64,000 nucleotides of DNA from Dehalococcoidia bacterium (GCA_030740155.1 JASLXV010000025.1:32001-96000), one strand, 5' to 3'. Counted from the stretch's first letter, positions 38,462 to 48,628 are shown. Numbers and translations are program-made. Notes: a model not told the origin generated them from the sequence alone.

Positions 38462-39646
38462 TTAGTCCAACAGTTTGGTGAATACGCCGGCGCCCACCGT
38501 TCGGCCGCCTTCTCGAATGGCGAAGCGTAGGCCTTCCTCAATGGCGATTGGTGAGATCAGCTTGATGGTCATTTGAATGTTGTCGCCGGGCATGACCATT
38601 TCCACCCCTTCCGGCAGAATGACCTCCCCGGTGATGTCGCTGGTCCGGATGTAGAACTGGGGTTTGTAGCCGGGGAAGAAGGGCGTATGACGTCCGCCTT
38701 CCTCGCGGCTGAGCACGTACACCTCGGCGTGGGCTTCCTTGTGAGGCCGCATCGAGCCGGGCGCTACGAGCACCTGGCCCCGCTCCACCTCATCCCGGTC
38801 CACGCCGCGAAGCAGTATCCCCACGGCATCGCCGGCTTCGGTGTAGTCGAGCGTCTTGTGGAACATCTCCAAGCCGGTGGCCACGGTTTCACGTACGTCG
38901 CCGAACCGGATGATCTCCACCGGAGAGCCCTGCTTGAGCTGTCCGCGCTCTACCCGGCCCGTGACCACGGTTCCGCGGCCCTTGATGCCGAACACGTCCT
39001 CAATGGGCATCAGGAACGGCCGGTCGGTGACCCGAGTGGGGATCGGAATATAGTCGTCCATGGTCTGCACCAGTTTCAGGATACCCTCTTCGGCTTCTGA
39101 GTCACCTTCGACTGCCTTGAGGGCGCTGACCCGGACGATGGGCGTGTCGTCGCCGGGGAATTCGTAGCGGTCGAGAAGTTCTCGAACTTCCATCTCCACC
39201 AGCTCCAGCAGTTCTTCATCGTCCATCATGTCGCATTTATTCAGGGCGACCAAGATGCGGGGGACTTCCACCTGGCGAGCCAGTAGGATGTGCTCCCGGG
39301 TCTGAGGCATCGGGCCGTCGGGAGCGCTGACCACCAGAACAGCGCCGTCCATCTGAGCCGCGCCGGTGATCATGTTTTTGATGTAGTCAGCGTGCCCCGG
39401 GCAGTCCACGTGGGCATAGTGCCGGGTTTCTGTCTGGTACTCCACGTGGGCGATGGCGATAGTCACACCACGGGCTTTCTCTTCGGGCGCATTGTCGATG
39501 CTGTCCAAAGAGCGGGCGCTTGCCAACCCTTTCTTTGCGAGCACTTGAGTGATGGCAGATGTCAGAGTGGTCTTACCATGGTCCACGTGACCGATGGTAC
39601 CCACATTTACGTGCGGTTTGGACCGGTCATATAGCTGCTTGGCCAT
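38462..39646 (-). CDS. tuf: Elongation factor Tu
   Basis: [41 protein letters not shown]. Confidence 0.98.
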   Translation of the reverse strand: MAKQLYDRSKPHVNVGTIGHVDHGKTTLTSAITQVLAKKGLASARSLDSIDNAPEEKARGVTIAIAHVEYQTETRHYAHVDCPGHADYIKNMITGAAQMDGAVLVVSAPDGPMPQTREHILLARQVEVPRILVALNKCDMMDDEELLELVEMEVRELLDRYEFPGDDTPIVRVSALKAVEGDSEAEEGILKLVQTMDDYIPIPTRVTDRPFLMPIEDVFGIKGRGTVVTGRVERGQLKQGSPVEIIRFGDVRETVATGLEMFHKTLDYTEAGDAVGILLRGVDRDEVERGQVLVAPGSMRPHKEAHAEVYVLSREEGGRHTPFFPGYKPQFYIRTSDITGEVILPEGVEMVMPGDNIQMTIKLISPIAIEEGLRFAIREGGRTVGAGVFTKLLD

Positions 39647-39674
39647 TTGGGCCTCCTCCCTGTGTTGGTGAAGC

Positions 39675-39749
39675 TGGAGCCCAGAGGCGGGATTGAACCG
39701 CCGACCCCGTTCTTACCAAGAACGTGCTCTACCGCTGAGCTATCTGGGC
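39675..39749 (-). tRNA. tRNA-Thr(GGT)
   Basis: Cloverleaf GCCCAGA..., anticodon loop CTTGGTAA, GGTTCAA T-loop, encoded CCA. Confidence 0.95.
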
Positions 39750-39806
39750 GGGTTGCGAAAGCAACCGGCATTCAACTCGGTACGTGCTATTAAAGATTAC
39801 CACAAT

Positions 39807-39894
39807 TGGTGGAGGGGGTAGGATTCGAACCTACGAAGCCCTTCCGGACGCCAGATTTACAGTCTGGTGGCTTTAACCACTCACCCACCCCTCC
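39807..39894 (-). tRNA. tRNA-Tyr(GTA)
   Basis: GGAGGGG acceptor, CTGTAAA loop, long variable arm, GGTTCGAAT, CCA. Confidence 0.95.
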
Positions 39895-39973
39895 AGGGTT
39901 TGGGCAGTCCTCCCTTCCGTTGACCGCGCCACCGGGCACGGTACTCCAGAGTAGGGAAGCGAGTCTCCAAGAG

Positions 39974-40045
39974 AGCCCCAGAGGGGAATCGAACCCCTAA
40001 CCTGTCGATTACAAATCGACTGCGCTACCTTTGCGCCACAGGGGC
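39974..40045 (-). tRNA. tRNA-Thr(TGT)
   Basis: GCCCCTG acceptor (one U-U pair), TTTGTAA loop, GGTTCGATT; CCA not encoded. Confidence 0.9.
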
Positions 40046-40129
40046 ATCAAGGGCGCTGGGTGGTAGACACACTACAAATGGCCCCGTATGCTTGGGGCCA
40101 TTTCATCGGGACCACCTTGCTGAGTCCAC

Positions 40130-40158
40130 ATTATATGAAATGGACTGGGGAAAGTCAA
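40130..40158 (-). promoter_or_regulatory. sigma70 promoter of the tRNA-tuf operon
   Basis: TTGACT-N17-TATAAT. Confidence 0.8.
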
Positions 40159-40205
40159 TTGGTTTGAAGGTGGCCCACGCCCGAAAACCGTAGGCCGATT
40201 TCCTC

Positions 40206-40229
40206 ACAATGTGACCGACAATGTGACCG
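40206..40229. repeat. Perfect 12-bp tandem repeat between divergent promoters
   Basis: ACAATGTGACCG x2. Confidence 0.7.
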
Positions 40230-40243
40230 GTAAAATGGGCAGC

Positions 40244-40272
40244 TTGACGCCGCCCGTAGCTTATTCTACACT
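40244..40272 (+). promoter_or_regulatory. sigma70 promoter for apt
   Basis: TTGACG-N17-TACACT. Confidence 0.65.
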
Positions 40273-40334
40273 CGTCGCTAGGCCGTGCGCGGTCAGGAAC
40301 AACCCGGTGTCAGTCCCCTTGGGGAGTTAGTCAA

Positions 40335-40847
40335 ATGGAGTTGAAGGCCTTTATCCGAGACGTGCCCGATTTTCCGGAAGCAGGGATCCTGTTCCGGGAC
40401 ATCACTCCGCTGCTGCTCGATGCCGGCGCGTTCAAGTACGCCATCGACCAGTTGGTGGAGCGCTTCAAGGCCGAGCAGTTGGACGTGATCGTCGGAATCG
40501 AGTCCCGGGGATTCCTGTTCGGTGCGCCGTTGGCCTACCAGTTGGGCAAGCCGTTCGTGCCGGTGCGGAAGCCTGGGAAGTTGCCGGCCGCCACCCATAC
40601 GGCAGAGTACACCCTGGAATACGGCAGCGACGCCATGCAGATCCACGTCGACGGCATCGGCTCCGGCCAGCGCGTGTTGGTGCTGGACGACCTGCTCGCC
40701 ACCGGAGGCACCCTGGACGCGACGGTCCGGTTGGTGGAAATGTCGGGCGGTGTGATCGGCGCGATCGGCGTCATCATCGAGCTGACCCAATTGGACGGGC
40801 GGGGGCGTCTGGCCGGCTACGACGTGTTCTCGCTGTTACAGTACTGA
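40335..40847 (+). CDS. apt: Adenine phosphoribosyltransferase
   Basis: PDFPEAGILFRDIT, GIESRGF, VRKPGKLP, LEYG, VLDDLLATGGT. Confidence 0.96.
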   Translation: MELKAFIRDVPDFPEAGILFRDITPLLLDAGAFKYAIDQLVERFKAEQLDVIVGIESRGFLFGAPLAYQLGKPFVPVRKPGKLPAATHTAEYTLEYGSDAMQIHVDGIGSGQRVLVLDDLLATGGTLDATVRLVEMSGGVIGAIGVIIELTQLDGRGRLAGYDVFSLLQY

Positions 40848-40966
40848 GCGGGATCAGGGCGTCCCGGGATCCTTGCTCGGTTCTCGTTTCTTCTTCTTTT
40901 TCGATCCGGCTGGGCCGTCCCCATTTGAGGGATTCTCAGTACTCAGACTGATCCAAGGAGGGAGCC

Positions 40967-41836
40967 GTGGCGGACAAGATTACCGTAGGCAATGTTGAAA
41001 TCATGGCGGTCATGGACATGGTGCCACCGGCCCGGCCGCCGGAGGCGATGTTCCCCGAGGTTCCCCGTGAAGCTTGGGGACCGTACGAGGACACCCTGGA
41101 AAACGGCCAGTTCCAGCTCTATTACTGCTGTTTCGTGCTTCGTTCGAAGGGGACCACGATAATGGTCGACACCGGCATGGGGCCGGGCCCCCACGTGGAA
41201 CGGGGTAACCTGACGGGCAACCTGGACCAGGAAATCCGGCCCCTCTTGCTTGCTCCGGACCAGTTAGGCAATAACAACGTCTCCGCCTTTGATGAAGTGA
41301 ACATCGTGGCCCACTCCCATTTGCACGCCGACCACGTGGGCTGGAACATCAGGTACGGCGGAGGAGCGCCCACCCCCTACTTCCCCAAGGCCAGGTACCT
41401 GGTGCCCAGGCTGGACTGGGAGCATTTCACGAAACCAGAGGTCCTGAAGACCGCTCCCTATGTGGAGAACCAAGTGGTGCCGCTCCAGGGACTCGGCAAG
41501 ATGGACATCATCGACGGGGAGCACAGTATCACCGACGAGATCACCACGCTCCATACCCCCGGCCACACTCCCGGCCACCTGGTGATTCTGATCAACTCCC
41601 AGGGCGAAAAAGCCATGGTAATGGGCGACGTTCTCCACTCCAAGGCCCAAGTGCATGAGCCGGGTTGGACTGCCGGGGTGGACATCGACAAAGAGGCAAG
41701 CAGACGGAGCCGCAACGCCATTCTGGACCTGGCCGAGCGGGAAGGGTATGTGGTCGCCGCCGGACACTTCCACCCCATCGACCACATCGGGAAGGTGGTC
41801 CGGCTGGAGGGGCGCCGTTACTGGCAGGCCCTGTAA
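40967..41836 (+). CDS. Metallo-beta-lactamase fold hydrolase
   Basis: VDTG, HSHLHADHVGW, TPGHTPGH, GDVLH, GHF. Confidence 0.9.
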   Translation: MADKITVGNVEIMAVMDMVPPARPPEAMFPEVPREAWGPYEDTLENGQFQLYYCCFVLRSKGTTIMVDTGMGPGPHVERGNLTGNLDQEIRPLLLAPDQLGNNNVSAFDEVNIVAHSHLHADHVGWNIRYGGGAPTPYFPKARYLVPRLDWEHFTKPEVLKTAPYVENQVVPLQGLGKMDIIDGEHSITDEITTLHTPGHTPGHLVILINSQGEKAMVMGDVLHSKAQVHEPGWTAGVDIDKEASRRSRNAILDLAEREGYVVAAGHFHPIDHIGKVVRLEGRRYWQAL

Positions 41837-41966
41837 GCTAGCTAATTGACGAAGATGCCCGTCCCGCCGGGCGGAGGCGGGTATCTCGTAACGGCGTACG
41901 CCCCAAAGGCGATGCCGGAACAGGCCCGCCGGTTAGAGCGGGACAATTGACCTAGGAGCGGCAACG

Positions 41967-42863
41967 ATGAAGGTAGGATTTATCGGCACTGGCAACATGG
42001 GCAACCCAATGGCGGTCAACCTCATTAAGGGCGGCCACGATGTGACCGTACACGAGCTGCGCCGGGAGGCAGCCACCAACCTTCTGGAGATGGGCGCCCA
42101 ATGGGCCGGTAGCCCGAAGGAAGCCACCGCCGGAAGCGAGATTGTGTTCACCTCGCTCCCAGGCCCGCGGGACGTGGATGCCGTGGTTCTTGGCGAGGAC
42201 GGTATCATGGAAGGGGCCGTTAAAGGCTCCATTCACATCGACCTCTCTACCAACTCGCCCACGGCCATTCGCCGCCTCCACCAGGTATGCGGCGAGAAAG
42301 GCGTCATCGTCATGGACGCACCGGTCAGCGGCGGTGTCTTCGGTGCGGCGGCGGGCACCCTGGCGGTAATGGTCGGCGGCGACCGGGCCGTGTTCGACCG
42401 GGTCAAGCCCACCCTCGACTCCATAGGCACCCATGTGGTCTACTGCGGTCCCATTGGCAACGGAGCGGTGTGCAAGCTCTGCAACAATCTGCTGAGCATG
42501 GGGATCGGTATGATGCTGACTGAGGCGCTGACCCTTGGCGTGAAGGCCGGCGTCGACCTGGCTGTGCTGGCCGACGTCATCACCAACAGTTCCGGCGGCT
42601 GCAAGCGCCTCACCGAGAAGTCTCCCCGTTACCTGTTTAAGGGTAATTTCGAGCCGGGATTTGCCACGGCCCTGGCGGCAAAGGACGTTCGGCTAGCCAC
42701 CGAGTTGGGCCGGGAATACGGCATCCCCCTGGAACTCTCCAACCTGGTGGACCAGCGGCACGTGGAAGCCCTGCTCCGGGGCTGGGGACCGGAGGACTCG
42801 GACGCCGTTTCGAAAATACAAGAAGAAAAGGCCGGGGTCCAGTTGAGGCTGCCCGGCGCCTAG
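41967..42863 (+). CDS. NAD(P)-dependent oxidoreductase, 3-hydroxyisobutyrate dehydrogenase family
   Basis: GFIGTGNMG, DAPVSGG, MVGG, CKLCNN, KDVRLA. Confidence 0.92.
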   Translation: MKVGFIGTGNMGNPMAVNLIKGGHDVTVHELRREAATNLLEMGAQWAGSPKEATAGSEIVFTSLPGPRDVDAVVLGEDGIMEGAVKGSIHIDLSTNSPTAIRRLHQVCGEKGVIVMDAPVSGGVFGAAAGTLAVMVGGDRAVFDRVKPTLDSIGTHVVYCGPIGNGAVCKLCNNLLSMGIGMMLTEALTLGVKAGVDLAVLADVITNSSGGCKRLTEKSPRYLFKGNFEPGFATALAAKDVRLATELGREYGIPLELSNLVDQRHVEALLRGWGPEDSDAVSKIQEEKAGVQLRLPGA

Positions 42864-42894
42864 ACGGATTGCCCAGACGGATTGGAGGATATCG

Positions 42895-43935
42895 ATGACT
42901 ACAAGCTCCGAAAGATCCAAGCTGGTGGAAGCCAGTGACACTATCGAAGCCATCGAGGAGTGCTATCGCCTGGGTTGGAGCGACGGCCTGCCGGTGGTCC
43001 CGCCGGTCGACTACAAGGTCCGGGAGATGCTGGAGCACGTGGGGATGACCGGTGAGGAGGAGCTGCTGTCGCTGGAGATGCGGCGGCGGGTGCTGACCTC
43101 GGAGAACGCCGCGGCCAACGCGGTGATGGCCGGGTGCCTCCCGGAGTACTTCCCCGTTCTGGTTGCCACGCTGCGGGCCCTTGAAGAGGACAAGAACGAA
43201 GTCCACATGGCTTCGGCCTCCACCAGCTCTCCCGCCATACTGATGGTCGTCAACGGCCCCATCCGGCACCGGATCGGCGTTAACTCCAGGGACGGGCTTT
43301 TCGGCCCCGGCTTTCGGGCCAATGCCTGCTTGGGCCGGGCCATCCGGCTCTGCTTCATGAACGGTTTCGACGCCCGTCCCGGCACCCTGGACCGGGGCAC
43401 GCTGGGCAATCCCTCCAAATACACTCTCTGCATCGCCGACAACGAGGAGGACTCCCCCTGGGAACCCCTCCACGTCAGCCGGGGGTTCAAAGCCGAGGAC
43501 AGCTGCATTACCGTGGCCGTGGCCTACAACCCCACCACCGTCAACAACCGGTACGGCCATACCGGGGAATCCATCCTGTCCTCCTTGGCCGACACCATGA
43601 AGTCCGCCTTTCTGGGCCAGAAATTTCCCGGCCAGTGGGCGATAGTCGTCGGCCCAGAACACGCCCTGACCCTTAAAGAGGGAGGGTGGAGCCGCCGGAA
43701 CATCCAGGATTATCTGATCGAGCACGCCATCCGCTCCCGCGCCGAACTGGTTCGCCTGGGGGTGGCTCAAGGGCCGGAAAAGCCCGGCGACGAAAAGCTG
43801 ATTCTGCACTGCGCCAAAGACCCGGACGATATCCTGCTGCTCATGGGTGGCGGTACCGGAGGGCGCAACAGCGCCATCATCGATATGAGCCATTTCAAGA
43901 TGCGCACCCGCAAGATAGACGTGCCCGGCGCCTAG
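42895..43935 (+). CDS. Conserved uncharacterised protein, paralog of 1..998
   Basis: GWSDGLPVVPP, ANAVMAGCLPEYFPV, GFRANACLGRAIRL, PWEPLHV, VGPEHA. Confidence 0.88.
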   Translation: MTTSSERSKLVEASDTIEAIEECYRLGWSDGLPVVPPVDYKVREMLEHVGMTGEEELLSLEMRRRVLTSENAAANAVMAGCLPEYFPVLVATLRALEEDKNEVHMASASTSSPAILMVVNGPIRHRIGVNSRDGLFGPGFRANACLGRAIRLCFMNGFDARPGTLDRGTLGNPSKYTLCIADNEEDSPWEPLHVSRGFKAEDSCITVAVAYNPTTVNNRYGHTGESILSSLADTMKSAFLGQKFPGQWAIVVGPEHALTLKEGGWSRRNIQDYLIEHAIRSRAELVRLGVAQGPEKPGDEKLILHCAKDPDDILLLMGGGTGGRNSAIIDMSHFKMRTRKIDVPGA

Positions 43936-44032
43936 CCAGTATGGGGGAACCTTTTCACCCCCTCTCTTATCTCCCCTTTCGCAAGAGGGAGAGGACCAGT
44001 CGCCCTTGTAGTCGGTTTGACCGGAGGACGAG

Positions 44033-44878
44033 ATGCCCAAGTTTTCCGCCAATGGAGTGAATCTGTCCTACGAGGTCACCGGCGAGGGGTTTCCCCTGGT
44101 GTGGAGCCACGAGTTCTCGGGCGGCCCCGAGAGCTGGGACCCCCAGGTCAAGTTCTTTTCCCGGCGCTACCAGGTGATTACCTACTCGGCTCGGGGGTAC
44201 CCGCCCTCGGACGTGCCGGAGGACCCGGAGGCTTACTCCCAGGACATAATGGTGGAGGACCTGCGCCTGCTGCTGGAGCACTTGGGCATCCGGCAGGCCT
44301 TCATCGGCGGACTGTCCATGGGCGGCGCCGTCGCATTGAACTTCTGCATCGCTCACCCCCAGATGGCCAAGGGGGTTATCGTCGCCGCCGCCGGCAGCGG
44401 TTCCGATCCCGGCAATCGGGAGAAGTGGCTGGCGGATGGCCAAGCCATGACCGACCGGCTGTTGTCAGAGGGAATGGCAGCCGTGGCCAAAGATTACGCC
44501 CGCACCCCGGTCAGGGTGCAACTCCTTCGCAAGGACCCCAAGGGTTGGCAGGAGTTCTACGAGGGTTTGGCGGCCCACTCCGCCCTGGGCTCGGCGCTGA
44601 CCTACCGGGGGTTCATGCTGAAGCGGCCCACGACGTTCTCCCTGGTGGAGAAGCTGCGCGGGCTTATGGTGCCGGCCCTGATCTTGGTCGGCGACGAGGA
44701 TGAGCCCTGTGTCGATCCGGCGGTCTTCATGAAGCGGAATATACCGAGGGCCGGGCTGGCCGTGTTCCCCCAGAGCGGCCACGCCATCAACCTCGAGGAG
44801 CCGGACCTATTCAACCGGACGGTGCTGGACTTCCTCATCGCGGTGGAGGCGGACCGCTGGGCCGAGAGGGCGGGCTAG
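44033..44878 (+). CDS. Alpha/beta fold hydrolase
   Basis: ARGYPPSD, GLSMGG nucleophile elbow, VGDED, SGHAINLEEP. Confidence 0.92.
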   Translation: MPKFSANGVNLSYEVTGEGFPLVWSHEFSGGPESWDPQVKFFSRRYQVITYSARGYPPSDVPEDPEAYSQDIMVEDLRLLLEHLGIRQAFIGGLSMGGAVALNFCIAHPQMAKGVIVAAAGSGSDPGNREKWLADGQAMTDRLLSEGMAAVAKDYARTPVRVQLLRKDPKGWQEFYEGLAAHSALGSALTYRGFMLKRPTTFSLVEKLRGLMVPALILVGDEDEPCVDPAVFMKRNIPRAGLAVFPQSGHAINLEEPDLFNRTVLDFLIAVEADRWAERAG

Positions 44879-44938
44879 GTTACTGCCCCGCGACTAGCTT
44901 TACGCCGGCGGAAAGGTGCGACTTTGCCTCTCCACACA

Positions 44939-45008
44939 CGTCTTTCCGGCGAAAGCCGGAATCCAGAGAAGCAGCGGCTGGATCCCGGCCTTCGCCGGGA
45001 TGACGGAC
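44939..45008. repeat. REP-like palindromic element, copy 2 (inverted)
   Basis: Reverse-complement match to 32631-32700; lies between convergent genes. Confidence 0.85.
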
Positions 45009-45038
45009 CGGAAAACCAGCCGGTTGCGAGACTCCGGA

Positions 45039-46055
45039 CTAGCTCTTCAGCTCTTTGACGATCTTCTTCAGCGCCTGCTCGTCGGACGGGGTGGGCGTGT
45101 CCATGTTGAACACGTATTCGTCCAGCAGGCCCCCGAAGCGCTCCTTTATCCGCCCGGCCACTTCGTCGTATGGGCCCAAAATGGATAGCGTGTCCAGCAT
45201 TTCATCGCTTATCAGGTCCCCCATCTTGTCCCACTCGCCCTTCACGGACAGGGCATGCAAGGCCGGGCTGACCTCCTGGAAGCCGTGGACTTCCAGCACC
45301 GGGGTATAGGTCCTGGTGGAGGCGTAGAAGGCGATCTGCTGTTTGGCCGCCGCTTTTTTGGCGGCTACGGCTTCCCGGTTGGGTCCGGTGACCACGAAAC
45401 TGGAGCCGTTAAGCACGATGTCAGACGGACTGCGGCCCGCTTTTTCCGCCCCCATTGTCACGTTGGGTTTGACGACATCGGTCACGTATTTGGCTGAGGA
45501 AATGGGATGAAGAGCCAACCCGTCGCACAGCCGGCCGACGGTCCGGCAGTTGAACGGGTTGATCGCGCTGATGTACACCAGGGGCTTGGGAGTGGAGTTG
45601 GCGCCGGGACTGAAGAAAGGGGTCATCAGCGAGAAGTTGTAGAAGCGTCCCTTGAAGTCCAGTTTCTTATCCTCTTGCCAGGTGTCCCAGATGGCGTGCA
45701 ACGCCCGGACGTACTCCCGCAGGCGAGGACCGGGCGAGTCCCAGGGGACCGAAAAGCGGCGTTCCATGTGACCCTTCACCTGGGTACCCATGCCCAGGCG
45801 GAAGCGCCCTCCGGAGAATTCCTGAAGGTCCCAGGCGGCGTAGGCGACCGACATGGGAGAACGAGGGAACACGATGGCCACCCTGGTCTCTAGTGTCAGT
45901 CGGGTCGTGGCGCTGGCGGCCAGCAGGAGAGGGTAGAAGGGGTCGTGGCCCGTCTCCTCGGAGCACACGCCGTCGTAGCCCATCGACTCGGCCCAACGGG
46001 CCTGCTCCGGAACGTCTTTCAGCTTGGCGGTTTTGAGGTTGTAGATTACGCGCAT
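45039..46055 (-). CDS. LLM-class F420-dependent oxidoreductase (MSMEG_2256-like)
   Basis: ETGHDPF, FPRSPM, LGMGTQVKGHMERRFS, SLMTPFFSPG, IAFYASTRTY. Confidence 0.9.
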   Translation of the reverse strand: MRVIYNLKTAKLKDVPEQARWAESMGYDGVCSEETGHDPFYPLLLAASATTRLTLETRVAIVFPRSPMSVAYAAWDLQEFSGGRFRLGMGTQVKGHMERRFSVPWDSPGPRLREYVRALHAIWDTWQEDKKLDFKGRFYNFSLMTPFFSPGANSTPKPLVYISAINPFNCRTVGRLCDGLALHPISSAKYVTDVVKPNVTMGAEKAGRSPSDIVLNGSSFVVTGPNREAVAAKKAAAKQQIAFYASTRTYTPVLEVHGFQEVSPALHALSVKGEWDKMGDLISDEMLDTLSILGPYDEVAGRIKERFGGLLDEYVFNMDTPTPSDEQALKKIVKELKS

Positions 46056-46120
46056 ACCCACTGTCGAAACTCCTTGCCTATCCGTATGCCTATTCACAGT
46101 AACGTGGCGGCCCGGCCCCG

Positions 46121-46870
46121 CTAGCCCGCGGTGAATCCTCCATCGACTGCCAGCTCGGCGCCGGTGATGTAGGACGCCTCGTCGGAAGCCAGGAACAGGA
46201 CAGCGTAGGCTACTTCCTCCCGGCGGCCCACTCGGCCCAGGGGCGTCTGACCCATCCGGGTCTTCAGTTCGGTTTCGTCTCTATCGGCCCCTTCCGCCAT
46301 CGGCGGTAATCGTCCGGGGTGAACCGAGTTCACCCGTATACTGTCCTTTCCGTACCGCACCGCGGAAGCCTTGGTGAGGAGCCGGACCGCGCCTTTGGAG
46401 GCGTTGTAGGCCGGGTGCCCGGTGGCTGTGCCAACCAGACCCGCTATCGACGAAATGTTGACAATGGAGCCGCCGCCCGCCTCACGCATCTTGGGGACGG
46501 CGTACTTGGTGCCCAAGAAGACACTCCTTGAATTGACCTCCATGATGCGATCCCATCCCTCCAGACTGGTAATGTCGGGATGAGAGCGGCCGCTGATACC
46601 GGCATTGTTCACCAGCACGTCCAGCTTGCCAAATCTGGAAACCGTCCGGTCTACCGCCTGCCCCCAGTCGTCTTCCTGGGTCACGTCCAGCTTGACGAAC
46701 ATGACCTCGCCGCCGGCCTCGGCGATCTCCGCCTCAACTCGCCGGCCTTCTTCCTCTCTCAGGTCGGCAATGACGACTTTCGCGCCTTCTTTGGCGAACA
46801 TTTTGGCTTCTACTTCGCCCATTCCTCGAGCGCCTCCGGTTATCAGGGCAACCTTGCCTTTCAGCCTCAT
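46121..46870 (-). CDS. SDR family oxidoreductase
   Basis: TGGARGMG, NNAG, YNASK, NSVHPG. Confidence 0.92.
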   Translation of the reverse strand: MRLKGKVALITGGARGMGEVEAKMFAKEGAKVVIADLREEEGRRVEAEIAEAGGEVMFVKLDVTQEDDWGQAVDRTVSRFGKLDVLVNNAGISGRSHPDITSLEGWDRIMEVNSRSVFLGTKYAVPKMREAGGGSIVNISSIAGLVGTATGHPAYNASKGAVRLLTKASAVRYGKDSIRVNSVHPGRLPPMAEGADRDETELKTRMGQTPLGRVGRREEVAYAVLFLASDEASYITGAELAVDGGFTAG

Positions 46871-47053
46871 TGTCCCTCCTGTTTCAAAAACCGGCATTAA
46901 GTTTGGTGTCCAGACCTCTGGAGCGGACGGAGCCACATTCCCGTGAGGCCCTGGACATCCCCGGCGGATCAGGCGGCCACCATCGGCCAGAAGGGAGATG
47001 ATGGGTATCTGCCCGCACCCGCCTCGGGCACTTCGTTTCTTGGTAGATTGCCG

Positions 47054-47806
47054 TTACCTGGCGGTGAATCCGCCGTCCACCAACAGCTCCGTGCCGGTGA
47101 TGTATGAGGCCTCGTCCGAGGCCATGAACAGCACCGCATTGGCGACTTCGATGGGCTGGCCTTCCCGTCCCATGGGTATCGCCGCGATTCTGGCGTCTTG
47201 GCTTCCGCCGTCGCCCCTGGCGCCCGAGGTAAGCATGGCGGGCATGCTTCCCGGATGGACCGAGTTGACCCGGATGCCCTCCTTGGCATGTTGTACCGCC
47301 GCCGCCTTGGTCACCAGCCGGACCGCGCCCTTCGAGGCGTTGTATCCGGGGTGAATGTAGGTCTGGCCGACGAACCCGGACATGGAGGAGATGTTCACGA
47401 TGGCGCCGCCGCCGGCCTTCTTCATCTCCGGGATGGCGTGTTTCATGCCCAGGAAGACCCCCTTGGCGTTGATGTCCATCAGCAGGTCCCAGGCTTCGGT
47501 GCTGGCGAGGTCGTCGAAGTTGCTGCCGCTGATGCCGGCGTTGTTAACCAGGATGTTCAGCTTGCCGAACTTAGTCACCACCTGGTCGACCACCCGCTCC
47601 CACTGATCCTCATTGGTCACGTCCAACATGACGAACATCGCCTGGCCGCCGGCCTCGGCGATCTCCGCCTCCACCTTTCGGCCGTCCTCTTCCCGGATGT
47701 CGGCAATGGCGACCTTGGCCCCTTCACGGGCGAACAACCGTGCTTCTTCGGCACCCATGCCGTGGGCCCCACCGGTGATTATCGCCACCTTTCCTTCCAG
47801 TCGCAT
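47054..47806 (-). CDS. SDR family oxidoreductase
   Basis: TGGAHGMG, NNAG, YNASK, NSVHPG. Confidence 0.92.
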   Translation of the reverse strand: MRLEGKVAIITGGAHGMGAEEARLFAREGAKVAIADIREEDGRKVEAEIAEAGGQAMFVMLDVTNEDQWERVVDQVVTKFGKLNILVNNAGISGSNFDDLASTEAWDLLMDINAKGVFLGMKHAIPEMKKAGGGAIVNISSMSGFVGQTYIHPGYNASKGAVRLVTKAAAVQHAKEGIRVNSVHPGSMPAMLTSGARGDGGSQDARIAAIPMGREGQPIEVANAVLFMASDEASYITGTELLVDGGFTAR

Positions 47807-47839
47807 CCTTTCGCACCTCGATTCATTCTATTGGTCGAA

Positions 47840-48589
47840 TTACTGGGCGGTATATCCACCGTCGACCGCGAGTTCGGCGCCGGTTATGTATGAGGCTTCG
47901 TCGGAGGCGAGGAACAGGACCGCGTAGGCCACTTCCTCCTGGCGTCCCAGCCGGCCCAATGGCGTCTGGGCGAGCTGCGCCTGGCGCCGGGTTTCCTCCA
48001 TGGGGATGCCTTTCCCCATGGGCGGCATGTATCCGGGATGAACGGAGTTGGCCCGGATGCCGTCCTTCCCGTAGCGCATTGCCGTAGCCTTGGTGAAGAG
48101 CCGCACCGCGCCCTTGGAGGCATTGTACGCCGGGTGGCCGGTTGCAGAGCCGACCATGCCCAGCATTGAGGATATATTGACGATGGAGCCCCTTCCTGCT
48201 TCCAGCAACTTGGGGATGGCGTGAGTGGTGCCCAGATAGACGCCCTTGGAATTGACCTCCATGATGCGGTCCCATCCTTCCAGACTGGAAATGTCGGGAT
48301 AGGATCGGCTGCTGATTCCGGCGTTATTCACCAGTACGTCTAGCTTGCCAAACCTGGACACCGTCCGGTCTATCGCCTCCTTCCAGTCGTCTCCTTTGGT
48401 GACGCCCAACCGGACGAACATGGCCTCTCCGCCCGCCCCGGTGATCTCTGCCTCCACGCGCCACCCTTCTTCCTCCAACAGGTCCGCTATGACGACCTTG
48501 GCGCCTTCTTGGGCGAAGAGCTTGGCCTCAACCGCGCCCATCCCCCGGGCGGCTCCGGTTACGAGGGCAACCTTGCCTTCCAGCCGCAT
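47840..48589 (-). CDS. SDR family oxidoreductase
   Basis: TGAARGMG, NNAG, YNASK, NSVHPG. Confidence 0.92.
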   Translation of the reverse strand: MRLEGKVALVTGAARGMGAVEAKLFAQEGAKVVIADLLEEEGWRVEAEITGAGGEAMFVRLGVTKGDDWKEAIDRTVSRFGKLDVLVNNAGISSRSYPDISSLEGWDRIMEVNSKGVYLGTTHAIPKLLEAGRGSIVNISSMLGMVGSATGHPAYNASKGAVRLFTKATAMRYGKDGIRANSVHPGYMPPMGKGIPMEETRRQAQLAQTPLGRLGRQEEVAYAVLFLASDEASYITGAELAVDGGYTAQ

Positions 48590-48628
48590 AGTTCCACCTC
48601 TTTTGAAAACAGGTCTCCGGGGAGGCCG

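Noticed and set aside
38282..39806. Absence of tRNA-Trp before secE and tRNA-Gly in the tuf cluster
   Set aside because: Ordinary lineage-level rearrangement; not informative from one window.
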